Shown here: positions 40,101 to 53,500 of the stretch, piece by piece | How positions within the stretch are numbered: position 1 is the stretch's first letter | Layout of the letters: every line of letters starts with the position of its first letter | Assembly (NCBI GenBank): GCA_964016885.1 | Contig: OZ024740.1 | Coordinates: forward strand, 25,048,001-25,112,000 | Source of the DNA: Eledone cirrhosa | Taxonomy: Eukaryota | Direction: 5' to 3' | Length of the DNA stretch: 64,000 nt | Notes under the pieces: model-generated | Seen by the model: only the letters and a program-made list of their open reading frames with translations | Told to the model about the DNA's origin: nothing | Databases searched by the model: none | Position numbers and translations under genes: made by a program

Positions 40101-41890
40101 GTAGGGTGTATGTTGTGTGTGTGTAGGGTGCATGTTGTGTGTGTAGGGTGTATGTTGCGTGTGTGTAGGGTGTATGTTGTGTGTGTGTAGGGCGTATGTT
40201 GTGTGTGTAGGGCGTATGTTGTGTGTGTAGGGTGTATGTTGTGTGTGTGTAGGGTGTATGTTGTGTGTGTAGGGTGTATGTTGTGTGTGTGTAGGGTGTA
40301 TGATGTGTGTATGTAGGGTGTATGTTGTGTGTGTGTAGGGTAAATGTTGTGTGTGTGTAGGGTGTATGTTGTGTGTGTGTAGGGTGTATGTTGTGTTTGT
40401 GTAGGGTATATGTTGTGTGGTGTAGGGTGTATATAGTGTGTGTGTAGGGTGTATGTTGTGTGTGTGTAGGGTGTATGTTGTGTGTGTAGGGTTATGTTGT
40501 GTGTGTGTAGGGTGTATGTTGTGTGTGTGTAGTGTGTATGTTGTGTTCGTGTAGGATATATGTTGTGTGTGTGTAGGGTGCATGTTGTGTGCTTGTGGGG
40601 TGTATGTTGTGAGTGTAGGGTGTATATTGTGTGTGTAAGGTGTATGTTGTGTTTGTGTAGGGTGTATGTTGTGTGTGTGTGGGGTGCATGTTGTGTGTGT
40701 AGGGCTTATGTTGTGTGTGTGTAGTGTGTATGTTGTGTTTGCATGGTGTATGTTGTGTGTGTGTAGGGTGTATGTTGTGTGTGTGTAGGGTGTATGTTGT
40801 GTGTGTAGGGTATATGCTGTGTGTGTAGGGTGTATGTTGTGTGTGTGTAGGGTGTATGTTGTGTGTGTAGGGTGTATGTTGTGTGTGTAGGGTGCATGTT
40901 GTGTGTGTAGGGTGTGTTGTGTGTGTGTAGGCTGTATGTTGTGTGTGTAGGGTGTATGTTGTGTGTGTAGGGGATATGGTGTGTGTGTAGGGTGTAAGTT
41001 GTGCGTGTGTAGGGTGTTAGTTGTGTGTGTGTAGGGTGTATGTTGTGTGTGTGTAGGGTGTATGTTGTGTGTGTAGGGTGTATGTTGTGTGTGTGTTGGG
41101 TGTATGTTGTGTGTGTGTAGGGTGTTTATTGTGTGTGTAGGGTGTATGATGTGTGTGTGTATGGTGTATGTTGTGTGTGTGTAGGGTGTATGTTGTGTGT
41201 GTAGGGTGTATGTTGTGTGTGTAGGGTGTATGTTGTGTGTGTAGGGTGTATGTTGTGTGTGTGTAGGGTGTATGTTGTGTGTGTAGGGTGTATGTTGAGT
41301 GTGTGTAAGGTCTATGTTGTGTGTGTAGGGTGTAAGTTGTGTGTGTAGGGTGTATGTTGTGTGTGTGTTGGGTGTATGTTGTGTGTGTAGTGTGTATGTT
41401 ATGTGTGTAGGGTGTATGTTGTGTGTGTAGGGTGTATGTTGAGTGTATGTAGGGTGTATGTTGTGTGTGTATGGTGTATGTTGTGTGTGTGTTGGGTATA
41501 TGTTGTGTATGTAGAGTATATGTTGTGTGTGTAGGGTGTATGTTGTGTGTGTGTAGGGTGTATGTTGTGTGTGTGTAGGCTGTATGTTGTGTGTGTAGGG
41601 TATATGTTGTGTGTGTGTAGGTTGTATGTTGTGTGTTTAGGGTGTATGTTGTGTGTGTGTAGGGTGTATGTTGTGTGTGTAGGGTGTATGTTGTGTGTGT
41701 GTAGGGTGCATGTTGTGTGTGTGTAGGCTGTATGTTGTGAGTGTAGGGTATATGTTGTGTGTGTGTAGGTTGTATGTTGTGTGTGTAGGGTGTATGTTGT
41801 GTGTGTAGGGTGTATTTTGTGTGTGTTTACAGTGTATGTTGTGTGTGTGTAGGGTATATGTTGTGTGTGTGTAGGGCGTATGTTGTGTGT
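37180..41890 (+). repeat. ~4.7-kb block matching ~20700-25410 (offset 16478)
   Basis: Marker pairs 21266/37744, 21451/37929, 22002/38480, 22933/39411, 24228/40706 and 25348/41826 all differ by 16478. Confidence 0.88.
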
Positions 41891-43394
41891 GTAGGGTATA
41901 TGTTGTGTGTAGGGTGTATGTTGTGTGTGTGTAGGGTGTATGTTGTGTGTGTAGGATGTATGTTGTGTGTGTGTAGGGTGTATGTTGTGTGCGTAGGGTG
42001 TATGTTGTGTGTGTGTAGGGTGTATGTTGTGTGTGTGTAGGGCGTATGTTGTGTGTGAGGGTGTATGTTGTGTGTGTGTAGGGTGTATGTTGTGTGTGTA
42101 GGGTGTATGTTGTGTGTGTGTGGGGTGCATGTTGTGTGTGTGGGGCTTATGTTGTGTGTGTGTAGTGTGTATGTTGTGTTTGCATGGTGTATGTTGTGTG
42201 TGTGTAGGGTGTATGTTGTGTGTGTGTAGGGTGTATGTTGTGTGTGTAGGGTATATGCTGTGTGTGTAGGGTGTATGTTGTGTGTGTGTAGGGTGTATGT
42301 TGTGTGTGTAGGGTGTATGTTGTGTGTGTAGGGTGCATGTTGTGTGTGTAGGGTGTGTTGTGTGTGTGTAGGCTGTATGTTGTGTGTGTAGGGTGTATGT
42401 TGTGTGTGTAGGGGATATGGTGTGTGTGTAGGGTGTAAGTTGTGCGTGTGTAGGGTGTTAGTTGTGTGTGTGTAGGGTGTATGTTGTGTGTGTGTAGGGT
42501 GTATGTTGTGTGTGTAGGGTGTATGTTGTGTGTGTGTTGGGTGTATGTTGTGTGTGTGTAGGGTGTTTATTGTGTGTGTAGGGTGTATGATGTGTGTGTG
42601 TATGGTGTATGTTGTGTGTGTGTAGGGTGTATGTTGTGTGTGTAGGGTGTATGTTGTGTGTGTAGGGTGTATGTTGTGTGTGTAGGGTGTATGTTGTGTG
42701 TGTGTAGGGTGTATGTTGTGTGTGTAGGGTGTATGTTGAGTGTGTGTAGGGTGTATGTTGTGTGTGTAGGGTGTAAGTTGTGTGTGTAGGGTGTATGTTG
42801 TGTGTGTGTTGGGTGTATGTTGTGTATGTAGTGTGTATGTTATGTGTGTAGGGTGTATGTTGTGTGTGTAGGGTGTATGTTGAGTGTGTGTAGGGTGTAT
42901 GTTGTGTGTGTAGGGTGTATGTTGTGTGTGTGTTGGGTGTATGTTGTGTATGTAGAGTATATGTTGTGTGTGTAGGGTGTATGTTGTGTGTGTGTAGGGT
43001 GTATGTTGTGTGTGTGTAGGCTGTATGTTGTGTGTGTAGGGTATATGTTTTGTGCGTGTAGGTTGTATGTTGTGTGTTTAGGGTGTATGTTGTGTGTGTG
43101 TAGGGTGTATGTTGTGTGTGTAGGGTGTATGTTGTGTGTGTGTAGGGTGCATGTTGTGTGTGTGTAGGCTGTATGTTGTGAGTGTAGGGTATATGTTGTG
43201 TGTGTGTAGGTTGTATGTTGTGTGTGTGGGGTGTATGTTGTGTGTGTAGGGTGTATTTTGTGTGTGTTTACAGTGTATGTTGTGTGTGTGTAGGGTATAT
43301 GTTGTGTGTGTGTAGGGCGTATGTTGTGTGTGTAGGGTATATGTTGTGTGTAGGGTGTATGTTGTGTGTGTGTAGGGTGTATGTTGTGTGTGTA

Positions 43395-46300
43395 GGATGT
43401 ATGTTGTGTCTGTGTAGGGTGTATGTTGTGTCCGTAGCGTGTATGTTATGTGTGTGTAGGGTGTATGTTGTGTGTGTGTAGGGCGTATGTTGTGTGTGAG
43501 GGTGTATGTTGTGTGTGTGTAGGGTGTATGTTGTGTGTGTAGGGGGTATGTTGTGTGTGTGTAGGGCGTATGTTGTGTGTGAGGGTGTATGTTGTGTGTG
43601 TGTAGGGTGTATGTTGTGTGTGTAGGGTGTATATTACGTGTGTGTAGGGCGTATGTTTTGTGTGTAGGGCGTATGTTGTGTGTGTAGGGTGTATGTTGTG
43701 TGTGTGTAGGGTGTGTGTTGTGTGTGTAGGGTGTATGTTGTGTGTGTGTAATGTGTATGTTGTGTGTGTAGGGTGTATGTTGTGTGTGTGTAGGGTGCAT
43801 GTTGTGTGTGTAGGGTGTATGTTGCGTGTGTGTAGGGTGTATGTTGTGTGTGTGTAGGGCGTATGTTGTGTGTGTAGGGCGTATGTTGTGTGTGTAGGGT
43901 GTATGTTGTGTGTGTGCAGGGTGTATGTTGTGTGTGTAGGGTGTATGTTGTGTGTGTGTAGGGTGTATGATGTGTGTATGTAGGGTGTATGTTGTGTGTG
44001 TGTAGGGTAAATGTTGTGTGTGTGTAGGGTGTATGTTGTGTGTGTGTAGGGTGTATGTTGTGTTTGTGTAGGGTATATGTTGTGTGGTGTAGGGTGTATA
44101 TAGTGTGTGTGTAGGGTGTATGTTGTGTGTGTGTAGGGTGTATGTTGTGTGTGTAGGGTTATGTTGTGTGTGTGTAGGGTGTATGTTGTGTGTGTGTAGT
44201 GTGTATGTTGTGTTCGTGTAGGATATATGTTGTGTGTGTGTAGGGTGCATGTTGTGTGCTTGTGGGGTGTATGTTGTGAGTGTAGGGTGTATATTGTGTG
44301 TGTAAGGTGTATGTTGTGTTTGTGTAGGGTGTATGTTGTGTGTGTGTGGGGTGCATGTTGTGTGTGTAGGGCTTATGTTGTGTGTGTGTAGTGTGTATGT
44401 TGTGTTTGCATGGTGTATGTTGTGTGTGTGTAGGGTGTATGTTGTGTGTGTGTAGGGTGTATGTTGTGTGTGTAGGGTATATGCTGTGTGTGTAGGGTGT
44501 ATGTTGTGTGTGTGTAGGGTGTATGTTGTGTGTGTAGGGTGTATGTTGTGTGTGTAGGGTGCATGTTGTGTGTGTAGGGTGTGTTGTGTGTGTGTAGACT
44601 GTATGTTGTGTGTGTAGGGTGTATGTTGTGTGTGTAGGGGATATGGTGTGTGTGTAGGGTGTAAGTTGTGCGTGTGTAGGGTGTTAGTTGTGTGTGTGTA
44701 GGGTGTATGTTGTGTGTGTGTAGGGTGTATGTTGTGTGTGTAGGGTGTATGTTGTGTGTGTGTTGGGTGTATGTTGTGTGTGTGTAGGGTGTTTATTGTG
44801 TGTGTAGGGTGTATGATGTGTGTGTGTATGGTGTATGTTGTGTGTGTGTAGGGTGTATGTTGTGTGTGTAGGGTGTATGTTGTGTGTGTAGGGTGTATGT
44901 TGTGTGTGTAGGGTGTATGTTGTGTGTGTGTAGGGTGTATGTTGTGTGTGTAGGGTGTATGTTGAGTGTGTGTAAGGTCTATGTTGTGTGTGTAGGGTGT
45001 AAGTTGTGTGTGTAGGGTGTATGTTGTGTGTGTGTTGGGTGTATGTTGTGTGTGTAGTGTGTATGTTATGTGTGTAGGGTGTATGTTGTGTGTGTAGGGT
45101 GTATGTTGAGTGTATGTAGGGTGTATGTTGTGTGTGTAGGGTGTATGTTGTGTGTGTGTTGGGTATATGTTGTGTATGTAGAGTATATGTTGTGTGTGTA
45201 GGGTGTATGTTGTGTGTGTGTAGGGTGTATGTTGTGTGTGTGTAGGCTGTATGTTGTGTGTGTAGGGTATATGTTGTGTGTGTGTAGGTTGTATGTTGTG
45301 TGTTTAGGGTGTATGTTGTGTGTGTGTAGGGTGTATGTTGTGTGTGTAGGGTGTATGTTGTGTGTGTGTAGGGTGCATGTTGTGTGTGTGTAGGCTGTAT
45401 GTTGTGAGTGTAGGGTATATGTTGTGTGTGTGTAGGTTGTATGTTGTGTGTGTAGGGTGTATGTTGTGTGTGTAGGATGTATGTTGTGTCTGTGTAGGGT
45501 GTATGTTGTGTCCGTAGCGTGTATGTTATGTGTGTGTAGGGTGTATGTTGTGTGTGTGTAGGGCGTATGTTGTGTGTGAGGGTGTATGTTGTGTGTGTGT
45601 AGGGTGTATGTTGTGTGTGTAGGGGGTATGTTGTGTGTGTGTAGGGCGTATGTTGTGTGTGAGGGTGTATGTTGTGTGTGTGTAGGGTGTATGTTGTGTG
45701 TGTAGGGTGTATATTACGTGTGTGTAGGGCGTATGTTTTGTGTGTAGGGCGTATGTTGTGTGTGTAGGGTGTATGTTGTGTGTGTGTAGGGTGTGTGTTG
45801 TGTGTGTAGGGTGTATGTTGTGTGTGTGTAATGTGTATGTTGTGTGTGTAGGGTGTATGTTGTGTGTGTGTAGGGTGCATGTTGTGTGTGTAGGGTGTAT
45901 GTTGCGTGTGTGTAGGGTGTATGTTGTGTGTGTGTAGGGCGTATGTTGTGTGTGTAGGGCGTATGTTGTGTGTGTAGGGTGTATGTTGTGTGTGTGCAGG
46001 GTGTATGTTGTGTGTGTAGGGTGTATGTTGTGTGTGTGTAGGGTGTATGATGTGTGTATGTAGGGTGTATGTTGTGTGTGTGTAGGGTAAATGTTGTGTG
46101 TGTGTAGGGTGTATGTTGTGTGTGTGTAGGGTGTATGTTGTGTTTGTGTAGGGTATATGTTGTGTGGTGTAGGGTGTATATAGTGTGTGTGTAGGGTGTA
46201 TGTTGTGTGTGTGTAGGGTGTATGTTGTGTGTGTAGGGTTATGTTGTGTGTGTGTAGGGTGTATGTTGTGTGTGTGTAGTGTGTATGTTGTGTTCGTGTA

Positions 46301-47540
46301 GGATATATGTTGTGTGTGTGTAGGGTGCATGTTGTGTGCTTGTGGGGTGTATGTTGTGAGTGTAGGGTGTATATTGTGTGTGTAAGGTGTATGTTGTGTT
46401 TGTGTAGGGTGTATGTTGTGTGTGTGTGGGGTGCATGTTGTGTGTGTAGGGCTTATGTTGTGTGTGTGTAGTGTGTATGTTGTGTTTGCATGGTGTATGT
46501 TGTGTGTGTGTAGGGTGTATGTTGTGTGTGTGTAGGGTGTATGTTGTGTGTGTAGGGTATATGCTGTGTGTGTAGGGTGTATGTTGTGTGTGTGTAGGGT
46601 GTATGTTGTGTGTGTAGGGTGTATGTTGTGTGTGTAGGGTGCATGTTGTGTGTGTAGGGTGTGTTGTGTGTGTGTAGACTGTATGTTGTGTGTGTAGGGT
46701 GTATGTTGTGTGTGTAGGGGATATGGTGTGTGTGTAGGGTGTAAGTTGTGCGTGTGTAGGGTGTTAGTTGTGTGTGTGTAGGGTGTATGTTGTGTGTGTG
46801 TAGGGTGTATGTTGTGTGTGTAGGGTGTATGTTGTGTGTGTGTTGGGTGTATGTTGTGTGTGTGTAGGGTGTTTATTGTGTGTGTAGGGTGTATGATGTG
46901 TGTGTGTATGGTGTATGTTGTGTGTGTGTAGGGTGTATGTTGTGTGTGTAGGGTGTATGTTGTGTGTGTAGGGTGTATGTTGTGTGTGTAGGGTGTATGT
47001 TGTGTGTGTGTAGGGTGTATGTTGTGTGTGTAGGGTGTATGTTGAGTGTGTGTAAGGTCTATGTTGTGTGTGTAGGGTGTAAGTTGTGTGTGTAGGGTGT
47101 ATGTTGTGTGTGTGTTGGGTGTATGTTGTGTGTGTAGTGTGTATGTTATGTGTGTAGGGTGTATGTTGTGTGTGTAGGGTGTATGTTGAGTGTATGTAGG
47201 GTGTATGTTGTGTGTGTAGGGTGTATGTTGTGTGTGTGTTGGGTATATGTTGTGTATGTAGAGTATATGTTGTGTGTGTAGGGTGTATGTTGTGTGTGTG
47301 TAGGGTGTATGTTGTGTGTGTGTAGGCTGTATGTTGTGTGTGTAGGGTATATGTTGTGTGTGTGTAGGTTGTATGTTGTGTGTTTAGGGTGTATGTTGTG
47401 TGTGTGTAGGGTGTATGTTGTGTGTGTAGGGTGTATGTTGTGTGTGTGTAGGGTGCATGTTGTGTGTGTGTAGGCTGTATGTTGTGAGTGTAGGGTATAT
47501 GTTGTGTGTGTGTAGGTTGTATGTTGTGTGTGTAGGGTGT
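43395..47540 (+). repeat. Direct tandem duplication, period 2080 bp
   Basis: Variant pairs aatgtgtatg (43750/45830), gcaggg (43916/45996) and tagact (44595/46675). ORF pairs 43660/45740, 44159/46239 and 44373/46453. Confidence 0.9.
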
Positions 47541-50500
47541 ATGTTGTGTGTGTAGGGTGTATTTTGTGTGTGTTTACAGTGTATGTTGTGTGTGTGTAGG
47601 GTATATGTTGTGTGTGTGTAGGGCGTATGTTGTGTGTGTAGGGTATATGTTGTGTGTAGGGTGTATGTTGTGTGTGTGTAGGGTGTATGTTGTGTGTGTA
47701 GGATGTATGTTGTGTGTGTGTAGGGTGTATGTTGTGTGCGTAGGGTGTATGTTGTGTGTGTGTAGGGTGTATGTTGTGTGTGTGTAGGGCGTATGTTGTG
47801 TGTGAGGGTGTATGTTGTGTGTGTGTAGGGTGTATGTTGTGTGTGTAGGGTGTATGTTGTGTGTGTGTAGGGTGTATGTTGTGTGTGTGTAGGGCGTATG
47901 TTGTGTGTGAGGGTGTATGTTGTGTGTGTGTAGGGTGTATGTTGTGTGTGTAGGTGTATGTTACGTGTGTGTAGGGCGTATGTTTTGTGTGTAGGGCGTA
48001 TGTTGTGTGTGTAGTGTGTATATTGTGTGTGTGTAGGGTGTATGTTGTGTGTGTAGGGTGTATGTTGTGTGTGTGTAGGGTGTATGTTGTGTGTGTAGGG
48101 TGTATGTTGTGTGTGTGTAGGGTGCATGTTGTGTGTGTAGGGTGTATGTTGTGTGTGTGTAGGGTGTATGTTGTGTGTGTGTAGGGCGTATGTTGTGTGT
48201 GTAGGGCGTATGTTGTGTGTGTAGGGTGTATGTTGTGTGTGTGTAGGGTGTATGTTGTGTGTGTAGGGTGTATGTTGTGTGTGTGTAGGGTGTATGATGT
48301 GTGTATGTAGGGTGTATGTTGTGTGTGTGTAGGGTAAATGTTGTGTGTGTGTAGGGTGTATGTTGTGTGTGTGTAGGGTGTATGTTGCGCTTGTCGGGTG
48401 TATGTTGTGTGTGTGTACTGTGTATGTTGTGTGTGTAGGGTGTATGTCGTGTGTGTGTAGGGTGTATGTTGTGTGTGTGTAATGTGTGTGTAGGATATAT
48501 GTTGTGTGTGTAGTGTGTATGTTGTGTGTGTGTAGGTTGTATGTTGTATGTATGTAGGGTGTATGTTGTGTGTGTGTAGGGTGTATGTTGTGTGTATGTA
48601 GGCTGTATGTTGTGTGTGTAGGGTTTATGTTGTGTGTGTAGGGTGTATGTTGTGTGTGTAGGATATATGTTGTGTGTGGTGGGTGTATGTTGTGTGTGTG
48701 TAGGGTGTATGTTGTGTGTGTAGGGTGTATGTTGTGTGTGTAGGGTGTATGTTGTGTTTGTGTAGGGTGTATGTTGTGTGTGTGTAGGGTGTATGTTGTG
48801 TGTGTGTAGGGTATATGTTGTGTCTGTGTAGGGTGTATGTTGTGTTTGTGTAGGGTGTATGTTGTGTTTGTGTAGGGTATATGTTGTGTGGTGTAGGGTG
48901 TATATTGTGTGTGTGTAGGGTGTATGTTGTGTGTGTAGGGTGTATGTTGTGTGTGTAGGGTGTATGTTGTGTGTGTGTAGGGTGTATATTGTGTGTGTGT
49001 AGTGTGTATGTTGTGTTCGTGTAGGATATATGTTGTGTGTGTGTAGGGTGCATGTTGTGTGTGTGTGGGGTGTATGTTGTGTGTGTAGGGTGTATATTGT
49101 GTGTGTAAGGTGTATGTTGTGTTTGTGTAGGGTGTATGTTGTGTGTGTGTGGGGTGCATGTTGTGTGTGTAGGGCTTATGTTGTGTGTGTGTAGTGTGTA
49201 TGTTGTGTTTGCATGGTGTATGATGTGTGTGTGTAGGGTGTATGTTGTGTGTGTGTAGGGTGTATGTTGTGTGTGTAGGGTATATGCTGTGTGTGTAGGG
49301 TGTATGTTGTGTGTGTGTAGGGTGTATGTTGTGTGTGTGTAGGGTGTATGGTGTGTGTGTAGGGTGTATGTTGTGTGTGTAGGGTGCATGTTGTGTGTGT
49401 AGGGTGTGTTGTGTGTGTGTAGGCTGTATGTTGTGTGTGTAGGGTGTATGTTGTGTGTGTAGGGGATATGGTGTGTGTGTAGGATGTAAGTTGTGCGTGT
49501 GTAGGGTGTTAGTTGTGTGTGTGTAGGGTGTATGTTGTGTGTGTGTAGGGTGTATGTTGTGTGTGTAGGGTGTATGTTGTGTGTGTGTGTTGGGTGTATG
49601 TTGTGTGTGTGTAGGGTGTTTATTGTGTGTGTAGGGTGTATGATGTGTGTGTGTATGGTGTATGTTGTGTGTGTGTAGGGTGTATGTTGTGTGTGTAGGG
49701 TGTATGTTGTGTGTGTAGGGTGTATGTTGTGTGTGTAGGGTGTATGTTGTGTGTGTGTAGGGTGTATGTTGTGTGTGTAGGGTGTATGTTGAGTGTGTGT
49801 AGGGTGTATGTTGTATGTGTAGGGTGTAAGTTGTGTGTGTAGGGTGTATGTTGTGTGTGTGTTGGGTGTATGTTGTGTGTGTAGTGTGTATGTTATGTGT
49901 GTAGGGTGTATGTTGTGTGTGTAGGGTGTATGTTGAGTGTGTGTAGGGTGTATGTTGTGTGTGTAGGGTGTATGTTGTGTGTGTGTTGGGTGTATGTTGT
50001 GTATGTAGAGTATATGTTGTGTGTGTAGGGTGTATGTTGTGTGTGTGTAGGGTGTATGCTGTGTGTGTGTAGGCTGTATGTTGTGTGTGTAGGGTATATG
50101 TTGTGTGTGTGTAGGTTGTATGTTGTGTGTTTAGGGTGTATGTTGTGTGTGTGTAGGGTGTATGTTGTGTGTGTAGGGTGTATGTTGTGTGTGTGTAGGG
50201 TGCATGTTGTGTGTATGTAGGCTGTATGTTGTGAGTGTAGGGTATATGATGTGTGTGTGTAGGTTGTATGTTGTGTGTGTAGGGTGTATGTTGTGTGTGT
50301 AGGGTGTATTTTGTGTGTGTTTACAATGTATGTTGTGTGTGTGTAGGGTATACGTTGTGTGTGTGTAGGGCGTATGTTGTGTGTGTAGGGTATATGTTGT
50401 GTGTAGGGTGAATGTTGTGTGTGTGTAGGGTGTATGTTGTGTGTGTAGGATGTATGTTGTGTGTGTGTAGGGTGTATGTTGTGTGCGTAGGGTGTATGTT

Positions 50501-53500
50501 GTGTGTGTGTAGGGTGTATGTTGTGTGTGTGTAGGGCGTATGTTGTGTGTGTAGGGTGTATGTTGTGTGTGTGTAGGGTGTATGTTGTGTGTGTAGGGTG
50601 TATGTTGTGTGTGTGTAGGGTGTATGTTACGTGTGTGTAGGGCGTATGTTTTGTGTGTAGGGCGTATGTTGTGTGTGTAGGGTGTATGTTGTGTGTGTGT
50701 AGGGTGTATGTTGTGTGTGTTGGGTGTATGTTGTGTGTGTGTAGGGTGTATGTTGTGTGTGTAGGGTGTATGTTGTGTGTGTGTAGGGTGCATGTTGTGT
50801 GTGTAGGGTGTATGTTGTGTGTGTGTAGGGTGTATGTTGTGTGTGTGTAGGGCGTATGTTGTGTGTGTAGGGCGTATGTTGTGTGTGTAGGGTGTATGTT
50901 GTGTGTGTGTAGGGTGTATGTTGTGTGTGTAGGGTGTATGTTGTGTGTGTGTAGGGTGTATGATGTGTGTATGTAGGGTGTATGTTGTGTGTGTGTAGGG
51001 TAAATGTTGTGTGTGTGTAGAGTGTATGTTGTGTGTGTGTAAGGTGTATGTTGCGCTTGTCGGGTGTATGTTGTGTGTGTGTACTGTGTATGTTGTGTGT
51101 GTAGGGTGTATGTCGTGTGTGTGTAGGGTGTATGTTGTGTGTGTGTAATGTGTATGTTGTGTGTGTAGGATATATGTTGTGTGTGTAGTGTGTATGTTGT
51201 GTGTGTGTAGGTTGTATGTTGTATGTATGTAGGCTGTATGTTGTGTGTGTAGGGTTTATTATGTTGTGTGTGTAGGGTGTATGTTGTGTGTGTAGGATAT
51301 ATGTTGTGTGTGGTGGGTGTATGTTGTGTGTGTGTAGGGTGTATGTTGTGTGTGTAGGGTGTATGTTGTGTGTGTAGGGTGTATGTTGTGTTTGTGTAGG
51401 GTGTATGTTGTGTGTGTGTAGGGTGTATGTTGTGTGTGTGTAGGGTATATGTTGTGTCTGTGTAGGGTGTATGTTGTGTTTGTGTAGGGTGTATGTTGTG
51501 TTTGTGTAGGGTATATGTTGTGTGGTGTAGGGTGTATATTGTGTGTGTGTAGGGTGTATGTTGTGTGTGTGTAGGGTGTATGTCGTGTGTGTGTAGGATA
51601 TATGTTGTGTGTGTAGTGTGTATGTCGTGTGTGTGTAGGTTGTATGTTGTATGTATGTAGGGTGTATGTTGTGTGTGTGTAGGGTGTATGTTGTGTGTAT
51701 GTAGGCTGTATGTTGTGTGTGTAGGGTTTATGTTGTGTGTGTAGGGTGTATGTTGTGTGTGTAGGATATATGTTGTGTGTGGTGGGTGTATGTTGTGTGT
51801 GTGTAGGGTGTATGTTGTGTGTGTAGGGTGTATGTTGTGTGTGTAGGGTGTATGTTGTGTTTGTGTAGGGTGTATGTTGTGTGTGTGTAGGGTGTATGTT
51901 GTGTGTGTGTAGGGTATATGTTGTGTCTGTGTAGGGTGTATGTTGTGTTTGTGTAGGGTGTATGTTGTGTTTGTGTAGGGTATATGTTGTGTGGTGTAGG
52001 GTGTATATTGTGTGTGTGTAGGGTGTATGTTGTGTGTAACTAGGGTGTATGTTGTGTGTGTAGGGTGTATGTTGTGTGTGTGTAGGGTGTATATTGTGTG
52101 TGTGTAGTGTGTATGTTGTGTTCGTGTAGGATATATGTTGTGTGTGTGTAGTGTGCATGTTGTGTGTGTGTGGGGTGTATGTTGTGTGTGTAGGGTGTAT
52201 ATTGTGTGTGTAAGGTGTATGTTGTGTTTGTGTAGGGTGTATGTTGTGTGTGTGTGGGGTGCATGTTGTGTGTGTAGGGCTTATGTTGTGTGTGTGTAGT
52301 GTGTATGTTGTGTTTGCATGGTGTATGTTGTGTGTGTGTAGGGTGTATGTTGTGTGTGTGTAGGGTGTATGTTGTGTGTGTAGGGTATATGCTGTGTGTG
52401 TAGGGTGTATGTTGTGTGTGTGTAGGGTGTATGTTGTGTGTGTGTAGGGTGTATGTTGTGTGTGTAGGGTGTATGTTGTGTGTGTAGGGTGCATGTTGTG
52501 TGTGTAGGGTGTATGTTGTGTTTGTGTAGGGTGTATGTTGTGTGTGTGTAGGGTGTATGTTGTGTGTGTGTAGGGTATATGTTGTGTCTGTGTAGGGTGT
52601 ATGTTGTGTTTGTGTAGGGTGTATGTTGTGTTTGTGTAGGGTATATGTTGTGTGGTGTAGGGTGTATATTGTGTGTGTGTAGGGTGTATGTTGTGTGTGT
52701 GTAGGGTGTATGTTGTGTGTGTAGGGTGTATGTTGTGTGTGTGTAGGGTGTATATTGTGTGTGTGTAGTGTGTATGTTGTGTTCGTGTAGGATATATGTT
52801 GTGTGTGTGTAGGGTGCATGTTGTGTGTGTGTGGGGTGTATGTTGTGTGTGTAGGGTGTATATTGTGTGTGTAAGGTGTATGTTGTGTTTGTGTAGGGTG
52901 TATGTTGTGTGTGTGTGGGGTGCATGTTGTGTGTGTAGGGCTTATGTTGTGTGTGTGTAGTGTGTATGTTGTGTTTGCATGGTGTATGTTGTGTGTGTGT
53001 AGGGTGTATGTTGTGTGTGTGTAGGGTGTATGTTGTGTGTGTAGGGTATATGCTGTGTGTGTAGGGTGTATGTTGTGTGTGTGTAGGGTGTATGTTGTGT
53101 GTGTGTAGGGTGTATGGTGTGTGTGTAGGGTGTATGTTGTGTGTGTAGGGTGCATGTTGTGTGTGTAGGGTGTGTTGTGTGTGTGTAGGCTGTATGTTGT
53201 GTGTGTAGGGTGTATGTTGTGTGTGTAGGGGATATGGTGTGTGTGTAGGGTGTAAGTTGTGCGTGTGTAGGGTGTTAGTTGTGTGTGTGTAGGGTGTATG
53301 TTGTGTGTGTGTAGGGTGTATGTTGTGTGTGTAGTGTGTATGTTGTGTGTGTGTTGGGTGTATGTTGTGTGTGTGTAGGGTGTTTATTGTGTGTGTAGGG
53401 TGTATGATGTGTGTGTGTATGGTGTATGTTGTGTGTGTGTAGGGTGTATGTTGTGTGTGTAGGGTGTATGTTGTGTGTGTAGGGTGTATGTTGTGTGTGT

